NCBI GenBank assembly: GCA_011090425.1
Contig: PHGD01000002.1
Span: 2,643 to 66,642 of the forward strand
Direction of reading: 5' to 3'
Source of the DNA: Nitrospira sp. LK70
GTDB taxonomy: Bacteria; Nitrospirota; Nitrospiria; Nitrospirales; Nitrospiraceae
DNA length: 64,000 nt
Position 1 is the first letter of the stretch; each line of letters begins with the position of its first letter. Under the pieces are notes generated by a model. That model worked only from the letters and a program-made list of their open reading frames with translations. It had not been told where the DNA came from and made no database searches. The position numbers were made by a program, and so were the translations under genes. Positions 44,902 through 55,116 of the stretch are shown piece by piece.

Positions 44902-46830
44902 ATGAGACTCGAATCAGTACGAATTAAGAATCTCCGATCCTTTGCTGACGTGACCGTCCCTTTCAATGAGTACACTTGCCTTGTGGGGCCAAATGGTTCT
45001 GGTAAATCGACCATCTTGTGTGCCCTCAACGTCTTTTTCCGTGAAACCGAGAATTCAGGCATTGATCTGAGTCAGCTTGATCGTGAGGATTTTCATCAAA
45101 AGAATACCGCTGAACCAATAGAGATTACTGTCACATTCACAGACTTAAGTCCGGAAGCTCAGCAGGACTTTTCCAATTACTATCGTCAGGGAAAGCTCAT
45201 CATTTCCGCAGTTACTACTTTCAATGATGCCACCGGAAAAGCCGAGGTCAGACAGTACGGCCAACGCCTCGCCATGCCCGGGTTCAAAGACTTTTTCCGA
45301 GCCGTTGGGGATAACAAGAAAGTCACTGAACTAAAGTCCCTTTACGCTGAGATCCAGAAGAACTTTGGCGATCTCCCTGCCGCTGGCACGAAGGACGCCA
45401 TGATCGAGGCTCTCCGCAAGTACGAAACTGACCACCCTGATCAGTGCGAATTGATCGTGAGCGAAGATCAGTTTTATGGGATCTCCAAGGGCGCTAACCG
45501 TCTTGCCCAATACATTCAGTGGGTTTACGTCCCAGCAGTTAAAGATGCGGCCACGGAACAGCTTGAGGCCAGAGACACAGCCCTCGGCAAACTACTGGCA
45601 CGTACCGTCCGGGCAAAGACAAATTTTGAAGAGGCCGTCAAAGCCCTTCGCACGGGAATGCAGGAACAATATCAACAACTTCTCGATAAGAATCAGGAGG
45701 TTTTGAAGGAACTCTCAGATTCACTCCAGACACGCTTAACCGAGTGGGCACACCCAGAAGCCACTTTGAAGCTAGAGTGGCGTCAGGATCCTGATAGATC
45801 TGTGCGGGTCGATGAGCCTTTAGCAAGGATCATCGCAGGAGAGGGTAATTTCGAGGGGGAACTCCCCCGGTTCGGGCATGGCCTTCAGCGGTCCTACCTT
45901 CTTGCTTTGCTGCATGAACTCGCTAGCAGCAATGCCAAGGCCACTCCGCGACTCATCTTAGGGTGCGAAGAACCTGAACTCTATCAACACCCCCCTCAGG
46001 CCAGACATCTAGCCACCGTTCTCCAGGACCTCAGCAAGGCCACCTCACAGGTTATTGTTTCGACCCATAGTCCATTATTCGTCTCCGGCGAGGGCTTTGA
46101 AGATGTCCGCATGGTCAGAAAAGATGTCATTCAAAAGCACTCGACCGTTACATATATGTCCTATAAAGACATTGCCGATGCCGTTGCAACCGCCACGGGA
46201 GAACCGCCCAGCAAACCGCAGGGTGTTCTGGCAAAGATCCACCAAGCATTACAACCTTCACTCAACGAGATGTTTTTTACTTCCCGCCTGGTACTGGTCG
46301 AAGGTCTTGAAGATGTTGCTTATTTGAGTTCCTATCTTCATCTCCTCAATAAATGGGACCAGTACCGCCGCAGCGGCTGTCATATTGTCCCCGTGAATGG
46401 CAAGAGTGAGATGTTACGCCCGGTGGTGATTGCCAAGCGTATCCGCATTCCAACCTTCGTTGTCTTTGATTCAGATGCCGATGAGCAGCATCCAGACAAG
46501 AGGGCAAAACATCAGAAAGATAACAAAGCCCTGCTTGCGCTCCTAGGCAAGGCAAACGAAAACCCATTACCCACGACCAGCTTGTGGGGCTCTGGGTTTG
46601 TCATGTGGCGATCCAATATTGGCGCTCTTATTAGAGCGGAAATTGGTACAGCTGACTGGAGTGCCTTTCAAGCAGAAGCTGACAAGCAGTACGGCCATGC
46701 TGGCGGACTTCGGAAAAATATACTGCATATCGGGTTTTGTCTTGCCCAAGCTTGGGAAGCGGGCAAAAGATCTCCGAGTCTCGAACGCCTGTGTAATGAG
46801 ATTTTGAATCCAGCCGTCAGTGTACAGTGA
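44902..46830 (+). CDS. OLD-family ATPase/Toprim nuclease
   Basis: Walker A GPNGSGKST, LILGCEEPELYQHP and VSTHSP. Toprim: LVLVEGLEDVAYL, VPVNGKSEM and VVFDSDAD. Confidence 0.85.
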   Translation: MRLESVRIKNLRSFADVTVPFNEYTCLVGPNGSGKSTILCALNVFFRETENSGIDLSQLDREDFHQKNTAEPIEITVTFTDLSPEAQQDFSNYYRQGKLIISAVTTFNDATGKAEVRQYGQRLAMPGFKDFFRAVGDNKKVTELKSLYAEIQKNFGDLPAAGTKDAMIEALRKYETDHPDQCELIVSEDQFYGISKGANRLAQYIQWVYVPAVKDAATEQLEARDTALGKLLARTVRAKTNFEEAVKALRTGMQEQYQQLLDKNQEVLKELSDSLQTRLTEWAHPEATLKLEWRQDPDRSVRVDEPLARIIAGEGNFEGELPRFGHGLQRSYLLALLHELASSNAKATPRLILGCEEPELYQHPPQARHLATVLQDLSKATSQVIVSTHSPLFVSGEGFEDVRMVRKDVIQKHSTVTYMSYKDIADAVATATGEPPSKPQGVLAKIHQALQPSLNEMFFTSRLVLVEGLEDVAYLSSYLHLLNKWDQYRRSGCHIVPVNGKSEMLRPVVIAKRIRIPTFVVFDSDADEQHPDKRAKHQKDNKALLALLGKANENPLPTTSLWGSGFVMWRSNIGALIRAEIGTADWSAFQAEADKQYGHAGGLRKNILHIGFCLAQAWEAGKRSPSLERLCNEILNPAVSVQ

Positions 46831-46872
46831 TAATCGTGTTTCCGGGAAAATGGCCGCCGGAGAAGAAACCAC

Positions 46873-48114
46873 ATGCGGGTCATCCACACTTCCGATTGGC
46901 ATCTTGGCCAGGAGCTGCATGGTTTCGATCGTCGCGTCGAACATGATTTGTTCCTCGACTGGCTAGCCGAGCAACTGATCGAACAAAAGGCTGACGCACT
47001 CATCATCACGGGCGACGTTTACGACACGGTCAACCCACCTATTCCCGCTCAACAGCGCCTGTATAAATTCCTCCGGCGAGTAATAACCGAAAGTCCACAC
47101 CTTCAAATAGTGCTCATCGGCGGCAATCATGACTCAGCTGCACGACTTGAGCTGCCAAAACATCTTCTCGATACTAGCCGAGTCCATCTCATCGGGGGAA
47201 TGCCTCGGTATAATGGTCAGCCGGTTGTAGGGCAGACACTGATCGCACTACGGGACGTGACCGGAACTCCCCGAGCTGTGTGCGCTGCTGTCCCCTACCT
47301 ACGCCCAGGAGATCTTCCCGTGGTAGCCAGTAGCGAACGCCCCCTTCACGCTCTCTACCAGCAAGTTATTGAGGCTGGGCACATCATGCATGAAGGCCTC
47401 CCCTTGATCGTCACAGGCCACTTACACATGAGCGGGGGAGCAGTATCGGAACTGAGCGAACGGCGAATCGTCATAGGAGGCGAGGAGGCGGTTTCCTCTG
47501 ATCTTTTCCCATCAAGTGTCTCCTATGTAGCGTTAGGCCATCTCCACAAACCACAGTTTGTATCAGGTCACACTATCATCCGCTATGCCGGATCGCCTTT
47601 CCCGATGTCGGTCGCGGAGAGGGACTATCAACACAGTATCGTCGTGATCGATTTCGATACGACGGCTGGTCTCACAATAGATTTGGTGCGGACCCCGAGA
47701 CCCGTCGCCTTCCTTCGGGTTCCGGAAGTTGGTGCAGAGCCACTCGACCAAGTAGAGGCTGAATTACGCACTCTTAAGATCGACGATCCTGGGCAGGATC
47801 GTCGACCATTCCTTGAGGTCGCGGTTCGGCTCGATGGAGCTGAGCCAGAGCTTAGGGCACGTATCGAAGCGGCCTTGGAGGGGAAGCCTGTCCGACTCAC
47901 GCGCATCGTTCGTCAGACTGAGGGACAGGGAGGCACATTGGCTGACAACGTGGAAGGAGACACAGAGCTCGACACGCTGGAGCCGGCCCATGTGTTCGCT
48001 CGGCGTCATGTTGAGGAATACGGAGTTGAGCCGGCGGCAGAGCTTATGAGGGCCTTTGACGAAGTGCTGACGGGCATCTCATCGCCAGAGAACGATCAGA
48101 CAGGCGTGACATGA
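46873..48114 (+). CDS. sbcD: SbcD/Mre11-type nuclease
   Basis: HTSDWHLG, ITGDVYD, IGGNHDS, VTGHLH and ALGHLH. GGAGAAG RBS. Confidence 0.9.
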   Translation: MRVIHTSDWHLGQELHGFDRRVEHDLFLDWLAEQLIEQKADALIITGDVYDTVNPPIPAQQRLYKFLRRVITESPHLQIVLIGGNHDSAARLELPKHLLDTSRVHLIGGMPRYNGQPVVGQTLIALRDVTGTPRAVCAAVPYLRPGDLPVVASSERPLHALYQQVIEAGHIMHEGLPLIVTGHLHMSGGAVSELSERRIVIGGEEAVSSDLFPSSVSYVALGHLHKPQFVSGHTIIRYAGSPFPMSVAERDYQHSIVVIDFDTTAGLTIDLVRTPRPVAFLRVPEVGAEPLDQVEAELRTLKIDDPGQDRRPFLEVAVRLDGAEPELRARIEAALEGKPVRLTRIVRQTEGQGGTLADNVEGDTELDTLEPAHVFARRHVEEYGVEPAAELMRAFDEVLTGISSPENDQTGVT

Positions 48115-51100
48115 GAATCCTTGCGATCCGAGGTGAAAACCTTGCCAGCCTCTCCGACCCATTCGAAGTCGACTTCGAGGCGGAGCCAATCCGCAGCTCC
48201 GGTATCTTCGTGATTACTGGGCCAACCGGCGCTGGGAAGACAACCCTGCTGGATGCGCTTTGTCTTGCGCTGTTCGACCGGCTCCCTCGCATGGATACAG
48301 CAGAGAGTGGAGCATCAATCGGACGGGTCGAAGGCGATATTTCGCAGCAGCTCAAATATGATGACGTACGTGGGATCCTCTGTCATGGCACCGGCACGGG
48401 CTATGCGGAGGTAGACTTTGTCGCACAGGATGGACAGCGGTATCGCTCTCGCTGGGAGGTGAAGCGTGCGCGCGGCAAAGCCGATGGGAAACTTCAGAAT
48501 CAGAAGATGACGCTTACAGACATCACGTCCGGGGCAATTATCGGTGATAAGAAGACTGATACCCTTCAGCAGATCCAAAAGCGCATCGGGCTCACCTTCG
48601 ATCAATTTCGGCGATCAGTCCTTCTAGCCCAGGGCGACTTTGACATTTTCATAAAGGCCGGCTCAAAAGACAGAGCTGAGCTCCTCGAAAAGATCACAGG
48701 GACCCAGATTTACTCTGATATCTCGCGGGCCGCATTCGCCCGAGCCAAACAGGAGCGGGAAGCGCTACGAGACCTTGAAACCCAGCTCGGTGAGCATCAG
48801 CCACTTGGGGATGAGGCAAGAACTTCGGCAGAGGTACGTTTCCAGGAAGCTAAGATCCAACAAGACCGTATCGAGGCAGCACGAGTCACTCTCAAGAAAT
48901 GGGAGGATTGGCACGAGGTTAGATCTCGACTCGACAGACGTGTTGTGGAAGGGAATGCGGCGCTGACGCAAGCCTTGGCGTTAGATCAAAATGCCGAAAG
49001 TGACCGGGCCAACCTAGCTATGGCAAAGAAGGCATTTGCCCTGCGTGCCGAGATCGAGACAGCAACGGCCACCGGAAGGCGGCTGGCAGACGCATGGAAA
49101 GCATTCGTCGACGCGCAGGAAGGTGAGCATAAGGCTCTAGAGGGGCGCGATAAAGCCGTTTGGGCAAGCAACGCTGCAAAGGATGAACGTGACAAAGAAC
49201 GAGCAGCCTATGATGCGATAGGCCCTGAACTCGACAAGGCGCAACGGCTCGACGCCCTGATTGAATCAGCCAATGTTGATTTGGCAAATCTAGCAGACCT
49301 CCTAGGAAAGAGCTCCAAGGAGAAAGACACCGCCCACGATGCCATTACAGAAGTCGAACGTACACTCAAGGCGACACGAGACCAGCGTGAAAATGATGGC
49401 CGTTGGCTCGAAGAACACAAATCAGTCGAGGCACTTTCGGTACGAATGAAAGATGTCGAGAGGGATCTATCCGAGCGGCTCACTCTGACATCTGACATTA
49501 CATCAACCGAGCCAATGATTCGGCAGCTTGCTCTCGATGCGGAAGTTGCCAGAACATCCCGGCGGGAAAAGGAAAATGTGGTCGCGGCCCTCCAGGAACA
49601 AGACCGTAAACTAGACGAGCAGCTTGCCACGCTCCGACAAATTGCTGGCGCAATCGATGTCTCTGCGGTTGAAACCAGACGCGATAATCTTATGCGGGTT
49701 CAGGCTGCGCTAGATAATGCGCAGCACGCTTCAGAAGATGCCCGGAAGGCCCATGGGGCAATCATTACGGCAAACGATGAAGCAGCCAAACAGGAAACCC
49801 TCATCCATCGCGCTTCCGGAGTCATGACTCAGATAGATTCCGAGTTACCCACGGACCTTGCACGTATGGAAGAAGCCCGGCGCAGCCTTGCTCTTTCTGA
49901 AGCGGCTGGAACGGAGGCAGCAGAGCACCTTCGCCTCAAACTGGAAGAGGGACAACCATGTCCAGTCTGCGGAGCAACGGAACATCCAGTCGCCGACGTT
50001 GATCGAGTTCTTAAGGCTCGAGTACTGGCCGATCATAGTCGCGTCGCCGAGCTGGAAGCAAAGGTGTCATCCGCTCAGGCTAACCGTACTCGCGCAGAGA
50101 CACAGATCGCTGCGGCAAAGGACGCACTAGAAGGAGTCCTGCAACGGAGATCGAATCAAGAGAAAGAATTGCGGGTTGCCCTCGATAAATGGCAGGCATC
50201 AATTGCTTCTGCATCGACCTATTATGGCGAGATTGGAGTTTCCATCCCAACCTTCCTCGAGGATGCCATTGGCACAGAAAGTGTAGAGGTCATCAACTCC
50301 GTTCGAGGGACAGTGGAGAAGCTGCTGAGTGATGCCAGGGAGACCATTAAGCGTGCGTCCGACGCTGAAGCTCAAATCCGAACAGTCTCCGATGATCGTG
50401 AGAATGTTCGCGCTCGCCTTTTGACCGCGAATGCAGGCATTGTGAAGTTCACGGATGAAGAACATGACAAAGTCAGTAAGGCGGGGATGCTCCAAGCGAC
50501 ACTTCAAGGAACGAAGCAGAATCTAGCCTCCCTCTGTTCCCGTCTCGACACGGCGCTCGCCCCGGTGTTTCCCAACTGGCAGAATCAAATTGCCAGCACC
50601 AGTGAACCATTCGTAGAGATCTACAGCAATCTTGTCAATGACTGGCATAAATGTTGTAGACGGCAGGAGATGACCGCTGCCGATATTTCCCGTCTTGAAG
50701 CAGACCTGGAGGGAAAGCGGGCAACGCTCAAGGGGCTGGAGACCGCCATCGAGGGAACCCTGAAACGATATGCAGATAAGAAAGATGAGCTCAACGGGCA
50801 CAATAGTGATCGCATCCTGGTTATCAAAGGACGGCCCGTCGAAGAGGTTCGGACTGAATACAGAAAGCAGTGGGAAGCCACCGAAAAACTGTGGAACGAA
50901 GCCGAGCATAAGAAGTCCATGGCCGAGCAGATTGCTGCTGGGATGTCGTCAAATGCCCTTGCCGCTCGTAAGACCGCCGAGGCAGCAAGAATCGACCATG
51001 AATCGGCAGAAGCTTTGCTTAAAGAAAAGCTCCTGGCCAATAACATCGGTAGGTCGCAAGTCGAATCCGCAATCACCAAAGGTGAGGCATGGGTTGTAGC

Positions 51101-51884
51101 GGAACAGGTTCGTCTCGATACCCTTCGAGACATCCTCGCGGCCGCTCGGGCAACTCTCCTTGAGAGACATCAATCTGCTAAGGAGCACGAAGCGACTGAT
51201 CGCCCAACACAAACTCGAGAAGAAATTGCCACGGCTCTCGAGGAGATAGAGGCGCAGCACAGCAAGGCGTCGGAGGCATTTGTCGAAGCAAGCTCGGTTC
51301 TCTTGAGTGACGACCAAGCGCGTTCAAAAACAGGGAAAATCAAAGCCGCTCTTCATGAGCGGCAACAGCAAGCACATGTATGGGGACAGCTCGACGATCT
51401 CATCGGTTCAGCTGACGGCACCAAGTTTCGGCGATTCGCTCAATCTCTGACACTAAATTATCTCATTCATTTGGCAAACCGACATCTGAACAATTTACAC
51501 CCTCGATATGAGCTACAACGATCACCGGGCAGCGATCTCGTATTACAGGTCATTGATCGAAACATGGCAGATGAGGTCCGCGGTGTTCATAACCTTTCAG
51601 GCGGCGAAAGATTTCTAGTTAGCCTTTCTCTAGCACTCGGACTTGCCAGCATGTCGTCGAATCGCGGGATTAAAGTTGAAAGCTTATTTATTGACGAAGG
51701 ATTTGGCGCACTAGATAGCAATAGCCTTGCAATGGCAGTCTCTGTCCTTGAGCAGCTTCAAGCAACCGGCCGTCAAGTCGGGGTCATTAGTCACGTCGAA
51801 GAGATGAAGGAACGAATCGCCGTAAAGGTGGAGGTGACCCCAGTTGGGGGTGGTCGCAGCATCGTCCAAGTTGTTACTGCCTGA
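48111..51884 (+). CDS. sbcC: SbcC/Rad50-type ATPase
   Basis: GPTGAGKTT, a long coiled coil, zinc hook PCPVCG, LSGGERFLVSLSLAL and LFIDEGFGALD. The start overlaps the sbcD stop. Confidence 0.9.
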   Translation: MRILAIRGENLASLSDPFEVDFEAEPIRSSGIFVITGPTGAGKTTLLDALCLALFDRLPRMDTAESGASIGRVEGDISQQLKYDDVRGILCHGTGTGYAEVDFVAQDGQRYRSRWEVKRARGKADGKLQNQKMTLTDITSGAIIGDKKTDTLQQIQKRIGLTFDQFRRSVLLAQGDFDIFIKAGSKDRAELLEKITGTQIYSDISRAAFARAKQEREALRDLETQLGEHQPLGDEARTSAEVRFQEAKIQQDRIEAARVTLKKWEDWHEVRSRLDRRVVEGNAALTQALALDQNAESDRANLAMAKKAFALRAEIETATATGRRLADAWKAFVDAQEGEHKALEGRDKAVWASNAAKDERDKERAAYDAIGPELDKAQRLDALIESANVDLANLADLLGKSSKEKDTAHDAITEVERTLKATRDQRENDGRWLEEHKSVEALSVRMKDVERDLSERLTLTSDITSTEPMIRQLALDAEVARTSRREKENVVAALQEQDRKLDEQLATLRQIAGAIDVSAVETRRDNLMRVQAALDNAQHASEDARKAHGAIITANDEAAKQETLIHRASGVMTQIDSELPTDLARMEEARRSLALSEAAGTEAAEHLRLKLEEGQPCPVCGATEHPVADVDRVLKARVLADHSRVAELEAKVSSAQANRTRAETQIAAAKDALEGVLQRRSNQEKELRVALDKWQASIASASTYYGEIGVSIPTFLEDAIGTESVEVINSVRGTVEKLLSDARETIKRASDAEAQIRTVSDDRENVRARLLTANAGIVKFTDEEHDKVSKAGMLQATLQGTKQNLASLCSRLDTALAPVFPNWQNQIASTSEPFVEIYSNLVNDWHKCCRRQEMTAADISRLEADLEGKRATLKGLETAIEGTLKRYADKKDELNGHNSDRILVIKGRPVEEVRTEYRKQWEATEKLWNEAEHKKSMAEQIAAGMSSNALAARKTAEAARIDHESAEALLKEKLLANNIGRSQVESAITKGEAWVVAEQVRLDTLRDILAAARATLLERHQSAKEHEATDRPTQTREEIATALEEIEAQHSKASEAFVEASSVLLSDDQARSKTGKIKAALHERQQQAHVWGQLDDLIGSADGTKFRRFAQSLTLNYLIHLANRHLNNLHPRYELQRSPGSDLVLQVIDRNMADEVRGVHNLSGGERFLVSLSLALGLASMSSNRGIKVESLFIDEGFGALDSNSLAMAVSVLEQLQATGRQVGVISHVEEMKERIAVKVEVTPVGGGRSIVQVVTA

Positions 51885-52060
51885 TCGTCGTGATTCTCTT
51901 CGGTGACTAAAGAACATCTGGGCCAGGACGGTGAAGTGCCTGTCCGGTAATTGCAATGCGGTTCCATAAGGTCTTCGGCGACTTGATAACTATTGCTAAC
52001 GCGAATTTATCCACCGCAAGTAGACGGAGTACACTTGCTTGCCAGCTGTGATTACGAACT

Positions 52061-53704
52061 CTAGGCCAGATTCCTAATACCATCGAGTAAAACCCGTGTT
52101 GCACGGCAATCATCCTCGTTGTAGTCAAGGATACGTTGCTGTGTTTCAAGGGAACCCGTTTTGACCCACTCGTCAAACCACTGGATCGAGGCCGCACCGG
52201 ATGGGTGCGTGTCCCGCCAGTGAAAGCCCAGAAATTTGGCCAGCGTCTTGATGGAGAGATCATGGGTCGGCCATTCGGTATGGGGTCTGACGACATCGGT
52301 ATACAGATCGATGGTGTTGGTCGGCTCGAACAGCGTCTCAATGTCGTCCGCGCTGCACACAGTGGGATACTTGGCCTGCAGCTTCCGATACATCGTCCGC
52401 TCGTATTTGGAGTAGTAAAAGATTGCACACGGCTGGGCGCGGCGCATGTAGTCCATGGCTTGGGCGAATGCGGCTTCTTCGGCTTCTGGTGCCGTGTCCG
52501 AGGTGAAATAGCCGATGAATTTCTCGGTGCTGTTGTCGCGGCCACGGCGCTCGATGAAGCCGTGCAGGTAGCACACATCCCGCATCGGATCGACTTCAAT
52601 GTCGAAGAACACTTCCACCTCATGCGTCGGCAACGTGATCGGTGCCTTCAGATAGGGCCTCGGATTCTGGCTGCTTAAGAGCTTTGCCCGTTCATGGAAC
52701 TTTGCCAACGTATCAGGGCCAATCCCGGTAAAGACGGTTTTCTTGCCTTTGGTGTACACCCCGGGATTGATGGTTGCCAATTCTGTCACGGTCCTGATCT
52801 CGCTGCACATGGCATCACGTTTCGCTCGACCAAGCTCAGAAATGAGTGTCAGATCATCAGCCGCCTTCACAGCTTGAAAGCAGCTGCTGTACCAGTGACA
52901 GAGCTTGCAGGTCCCTGACGCATAGGCGGGCAAGGTGTCATGTGTCCTGGCCATAATGTCGCGCGCGGTCGCCAATTGTGCCGCGTAGAAGTCCCACCAC
53001 GTTTCCGTGTTCCGCACGCCGCGCGACACGCTCATGTCGTAGGTCACTTCCGCACCATGCACATCCCAGATGAATCCACGGGGTCCTGCGGAGAGGCCCA
53101 AGCGTTCGAGAATATCCATGTACAGCGCCAGCTGCACAGCGTAGGTTTTCTTGAGACGGCGGTCGTCGCCCTCATCATCGCCCCCTTCCTCCCCAGCTCC
53201 GGATTTGATGTCGCCTGGCACATAGCCCGTTCCTTCCTTGCGCAATAAGTCAGGCTCGCCGAGGAGATCATCGGCCTCAATACGGCCGCCATAGATGAGT
53301 TGTGCGCCGGCGGCCATGGCTTCACGCGTCTTGTGAGCTTTCTCTCTCGTGGTGAACGTGTGGAGATCCACGAACGGAATATCAAGGGCGGCCATGCGTT
53401 CACGCTCCACACTTGAGCCACGCTCCCACAGCAGTTCCACGAAGGGATTCACGGGATCGCGTTGAGCAGGATCCGCATACGCATCCATGGTGACCCGATG
53501 CGGGCAGGTCACAAGGCTATACAACATCGACGCCGTGATTGCGCGTTGAGACCCAGAGCTGAATTCCTGCGGAGCGGTCTTTTCAGTCACGTCTGAGTTG
53601 ATGCGGTCTCTTGGTTGTGCTCGCAGTAGGTCCACCGGCTGTGGGCCTATCCGATGACGGGCGTTATTTCTTTCCGAGGATGGCGTCTTTGGCGGCCTTG
53701 ACAA
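52061..53704 (-). CDS. RecB/Cas4-like nuclease fused to a DnaQ-like exonuclease domain (TM0106-type)
   Basis: Cys cluster (TCPHR ... CKLCHWYSSC). Later VEVFFDIEVDP and a C-terminal YNEDDCRAT. The annotated start overlaps the HU gene by 41 nt. An in-frame GTG at 53590 is an alternative start. Confidence 0.75.
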   Translation of the reverse strand: MSRPPKTPSSERNNARHRIGPQPVDLLRAQPRDRINSDVTEKTAPQEFSSGSQRAITASMLYSLVTCPHRVTMDAYADPAQRDPVNPFVELLWERGSSVERERMAALDIPFVDLHTFTTREKAHKTREAMAAGAQLIYGGRIEADDLLGEPDLLRKEGTGYVPGDIKSGAGEEGGDDEGDDRRLKKTYAVQLALYMDILERLGLSAGPRGFIWDVHGAEVTYDMSVSRGVRNTETWWDFYAAQLATARDIMARTHDTLPAYASGTCKLCHWYSSCFQAVKAADDLTLISELGRAKRDAMCSEIRTVTELATINPGVYTKGKKTVFTGIGPDTLAKFHERAKLLSSQNPRPYLKAPITLPTHEVEVFFDIEVDPMRDVCYLHGFIERRGRDNSTEKFIGYFTSDTAPEAEEAAFAQAMDYMRRAQPCAIFYYSKYERTMYRKLQAKYPTVCSADDIETLFEPTNTIDLYTDVVRPHTEWPTHDLSIKTLAKFLGFHWRDTHPSGAASIQWFDEWVKTGSLETQQRILDYNEDDCRATRVLLDGIRNLA

Positions 53705-53951
53705 CTCTGAATTTGACCACGCGTTTGGCAGGGATCTTTATTTCTTTGCCCGTTTGGGGATTGCGGCCGATGCGAGCTTTGCGGTTGGCGAGCTTGAGTT
53801 TTCCGAGACCAGGGATGGTAAAGACGTTTTTCGCCTCCCGATAGGCCAAGGCGGCGAGCTCGTCGAGAAACTCCACCATCGCTTTTTTCGTGAGTCCAGA
53901 TTTCTCAGCGAGGTGCTCGGCGATCTGTGACTTGGTGAGGGGTTTTCCCAT
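53664..53951 (-). CDS. HU/IHF-family DNA-binding protein
   Basis: MGKPLTKSQIAEHLAEKSGLTKKAMVEFLDELAALA...GRNPQTGKEIKIPAKRVVKFR. AAGGAG RBS. The ORF-track start at 54143 is too far upstream. Confidence 0.9.
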   Translation of the reverse strand: MGKPLTKSQIAEHLAEKSGLTKKAMVEFLDELAALAYREAKNVFTIPGLGKLKLANRKARIGRNPQTGKEIKIPAKRVVKFRVVKAAKDAILGKK

Positions 53952-54531
53952 TGAATGCTCCTTTCTGTGTACACGGTGAGCGATGGTTGTAGCGAGATGC
54001 GACAAGAGTGTCAAGACGCGTTGTGCGCTATGATGGCAGCGGACATGCCTCGCATAGGGTCGTGCCAGATTTGACGAGACCGCACGGTCCACCTCCATCC
54101 TCATCCTTGTGTACTCAATCTCCTCGCGCGGGGCCTTCGACATCCTCCCGTATGCAGTACCCGACTCGCCTCAATTCACGCGCCTCATGTCCGCCTCGAA
54201 GCTGATCATTCGACCATCTACCCTGTGATGAGCGGGTGTCGTGACTTCGGCGTGTCACAACGGGCCTCTTCGCCCCATTCCCTCCATCTCGTGTGCTGCA
54301 TCTCTGAAACCGGCATCGGTGTTGACGTGTGATGCCTGTGCGGGTGCGTCCTCGGCCCTGGCTTTCCCCCGGCGGGCTGCGTCGCGCTCACGCCAGCACG
54401 CTGTCATTTCTCCGCTGGGCGCCCGCCGGTCCGCCAGGTGGCCTCGTCCTCTCTGTCTCCTTTGTCGTCGCTGTGTGGCCTCCACGCCTGGTGAGAGGTC
54501 AGCCCATCAACTCAAATCAAAGGAGACGTCA

Positions 54532-54846
54532 ATGGCACCTCACGATCAACCACTCAAACCTCAGCCGGTCGAGAAGTTCACGTGCAGCAGCATTACCGCG
54601 AGCATTTGGAAAAACGAGGGGGAGAAGGGCGCGTTCTACAACGTGACCATCACCCGCTCCTATAAGACGGCGGATGGGTGGAAGCGCTCCGACTCGTTCA
54701 GCCTGAACGATCTGGAAGCGGTCACGGTCGTCCTTGGCCACGCGAAAGTGTGGATCGGAGCAGGCCAGGTACTAACCGGATATCGGACGCCTTCGGCCCT
54801 CGCGCCGGGGGCGTCCCTTCGCCATATGAAAGGAAATCCACGATGA
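54532..54846 (+). CDS. hypothetical protein
   Basis: 104 aa starting from ATG 54532 (AAGGAG RBS). No motif recognised. Confidence 0.4.
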   Translation: MAPHDQPLKPQPVEKFTCSSITASIWKNEGEKGAFYNVTITRSYKTADGWKRSDSFSLNDLEAVTVVLGHAKVWIGAGQVLTGYRTPSALAPGASLRHMKGNPR

Positions 54847-55016
54847 ACATGTATCGAGAGTTCGCAGCAGACTTGAATCAGCCTCTTGGCAGTCACATCG
54901 CGGTCCGCATCACCGTGGACTCCTACCTCGTGAGATGTGATCGAATATTCGGAGATCTCGGCATGACCCCAGAGAGAGAAACTCACAGAGGCGTATCGTC
55001 GCGCGCCCGACCATGA
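54843..55016 (+). CDS. possible small hypothetical protein
   Basis: 57 aa. Its ATG overlaps the previous stop (ATGA), suggesting coupling. No motif recognised. Confidence 0.25.
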   Translation: MNMYREFAADLNQPLGSHIAVRITVDSYLVRCDRIFGDLGMTPERETHRGVSSRARP

Positions 55017-55116
55017 CCGACGACGTGGTCATGACGATCGGTAGTGGTTTTCCTTACGGTCTTCAGTTGGTCAATCATAATTTACTAGAACAATTAACTA
55101 TGAATAATGGATAACT

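Noticed and set aside
51907-52623. 238-aa minus-strand ORF in an alternative frame of the RecB-like nuclease gene
   Set aside because: Its Ser/Pro/Arg/Thr-rich translation has no motifs. The overlapping frame carries the nuclease and exonuclease signatures.
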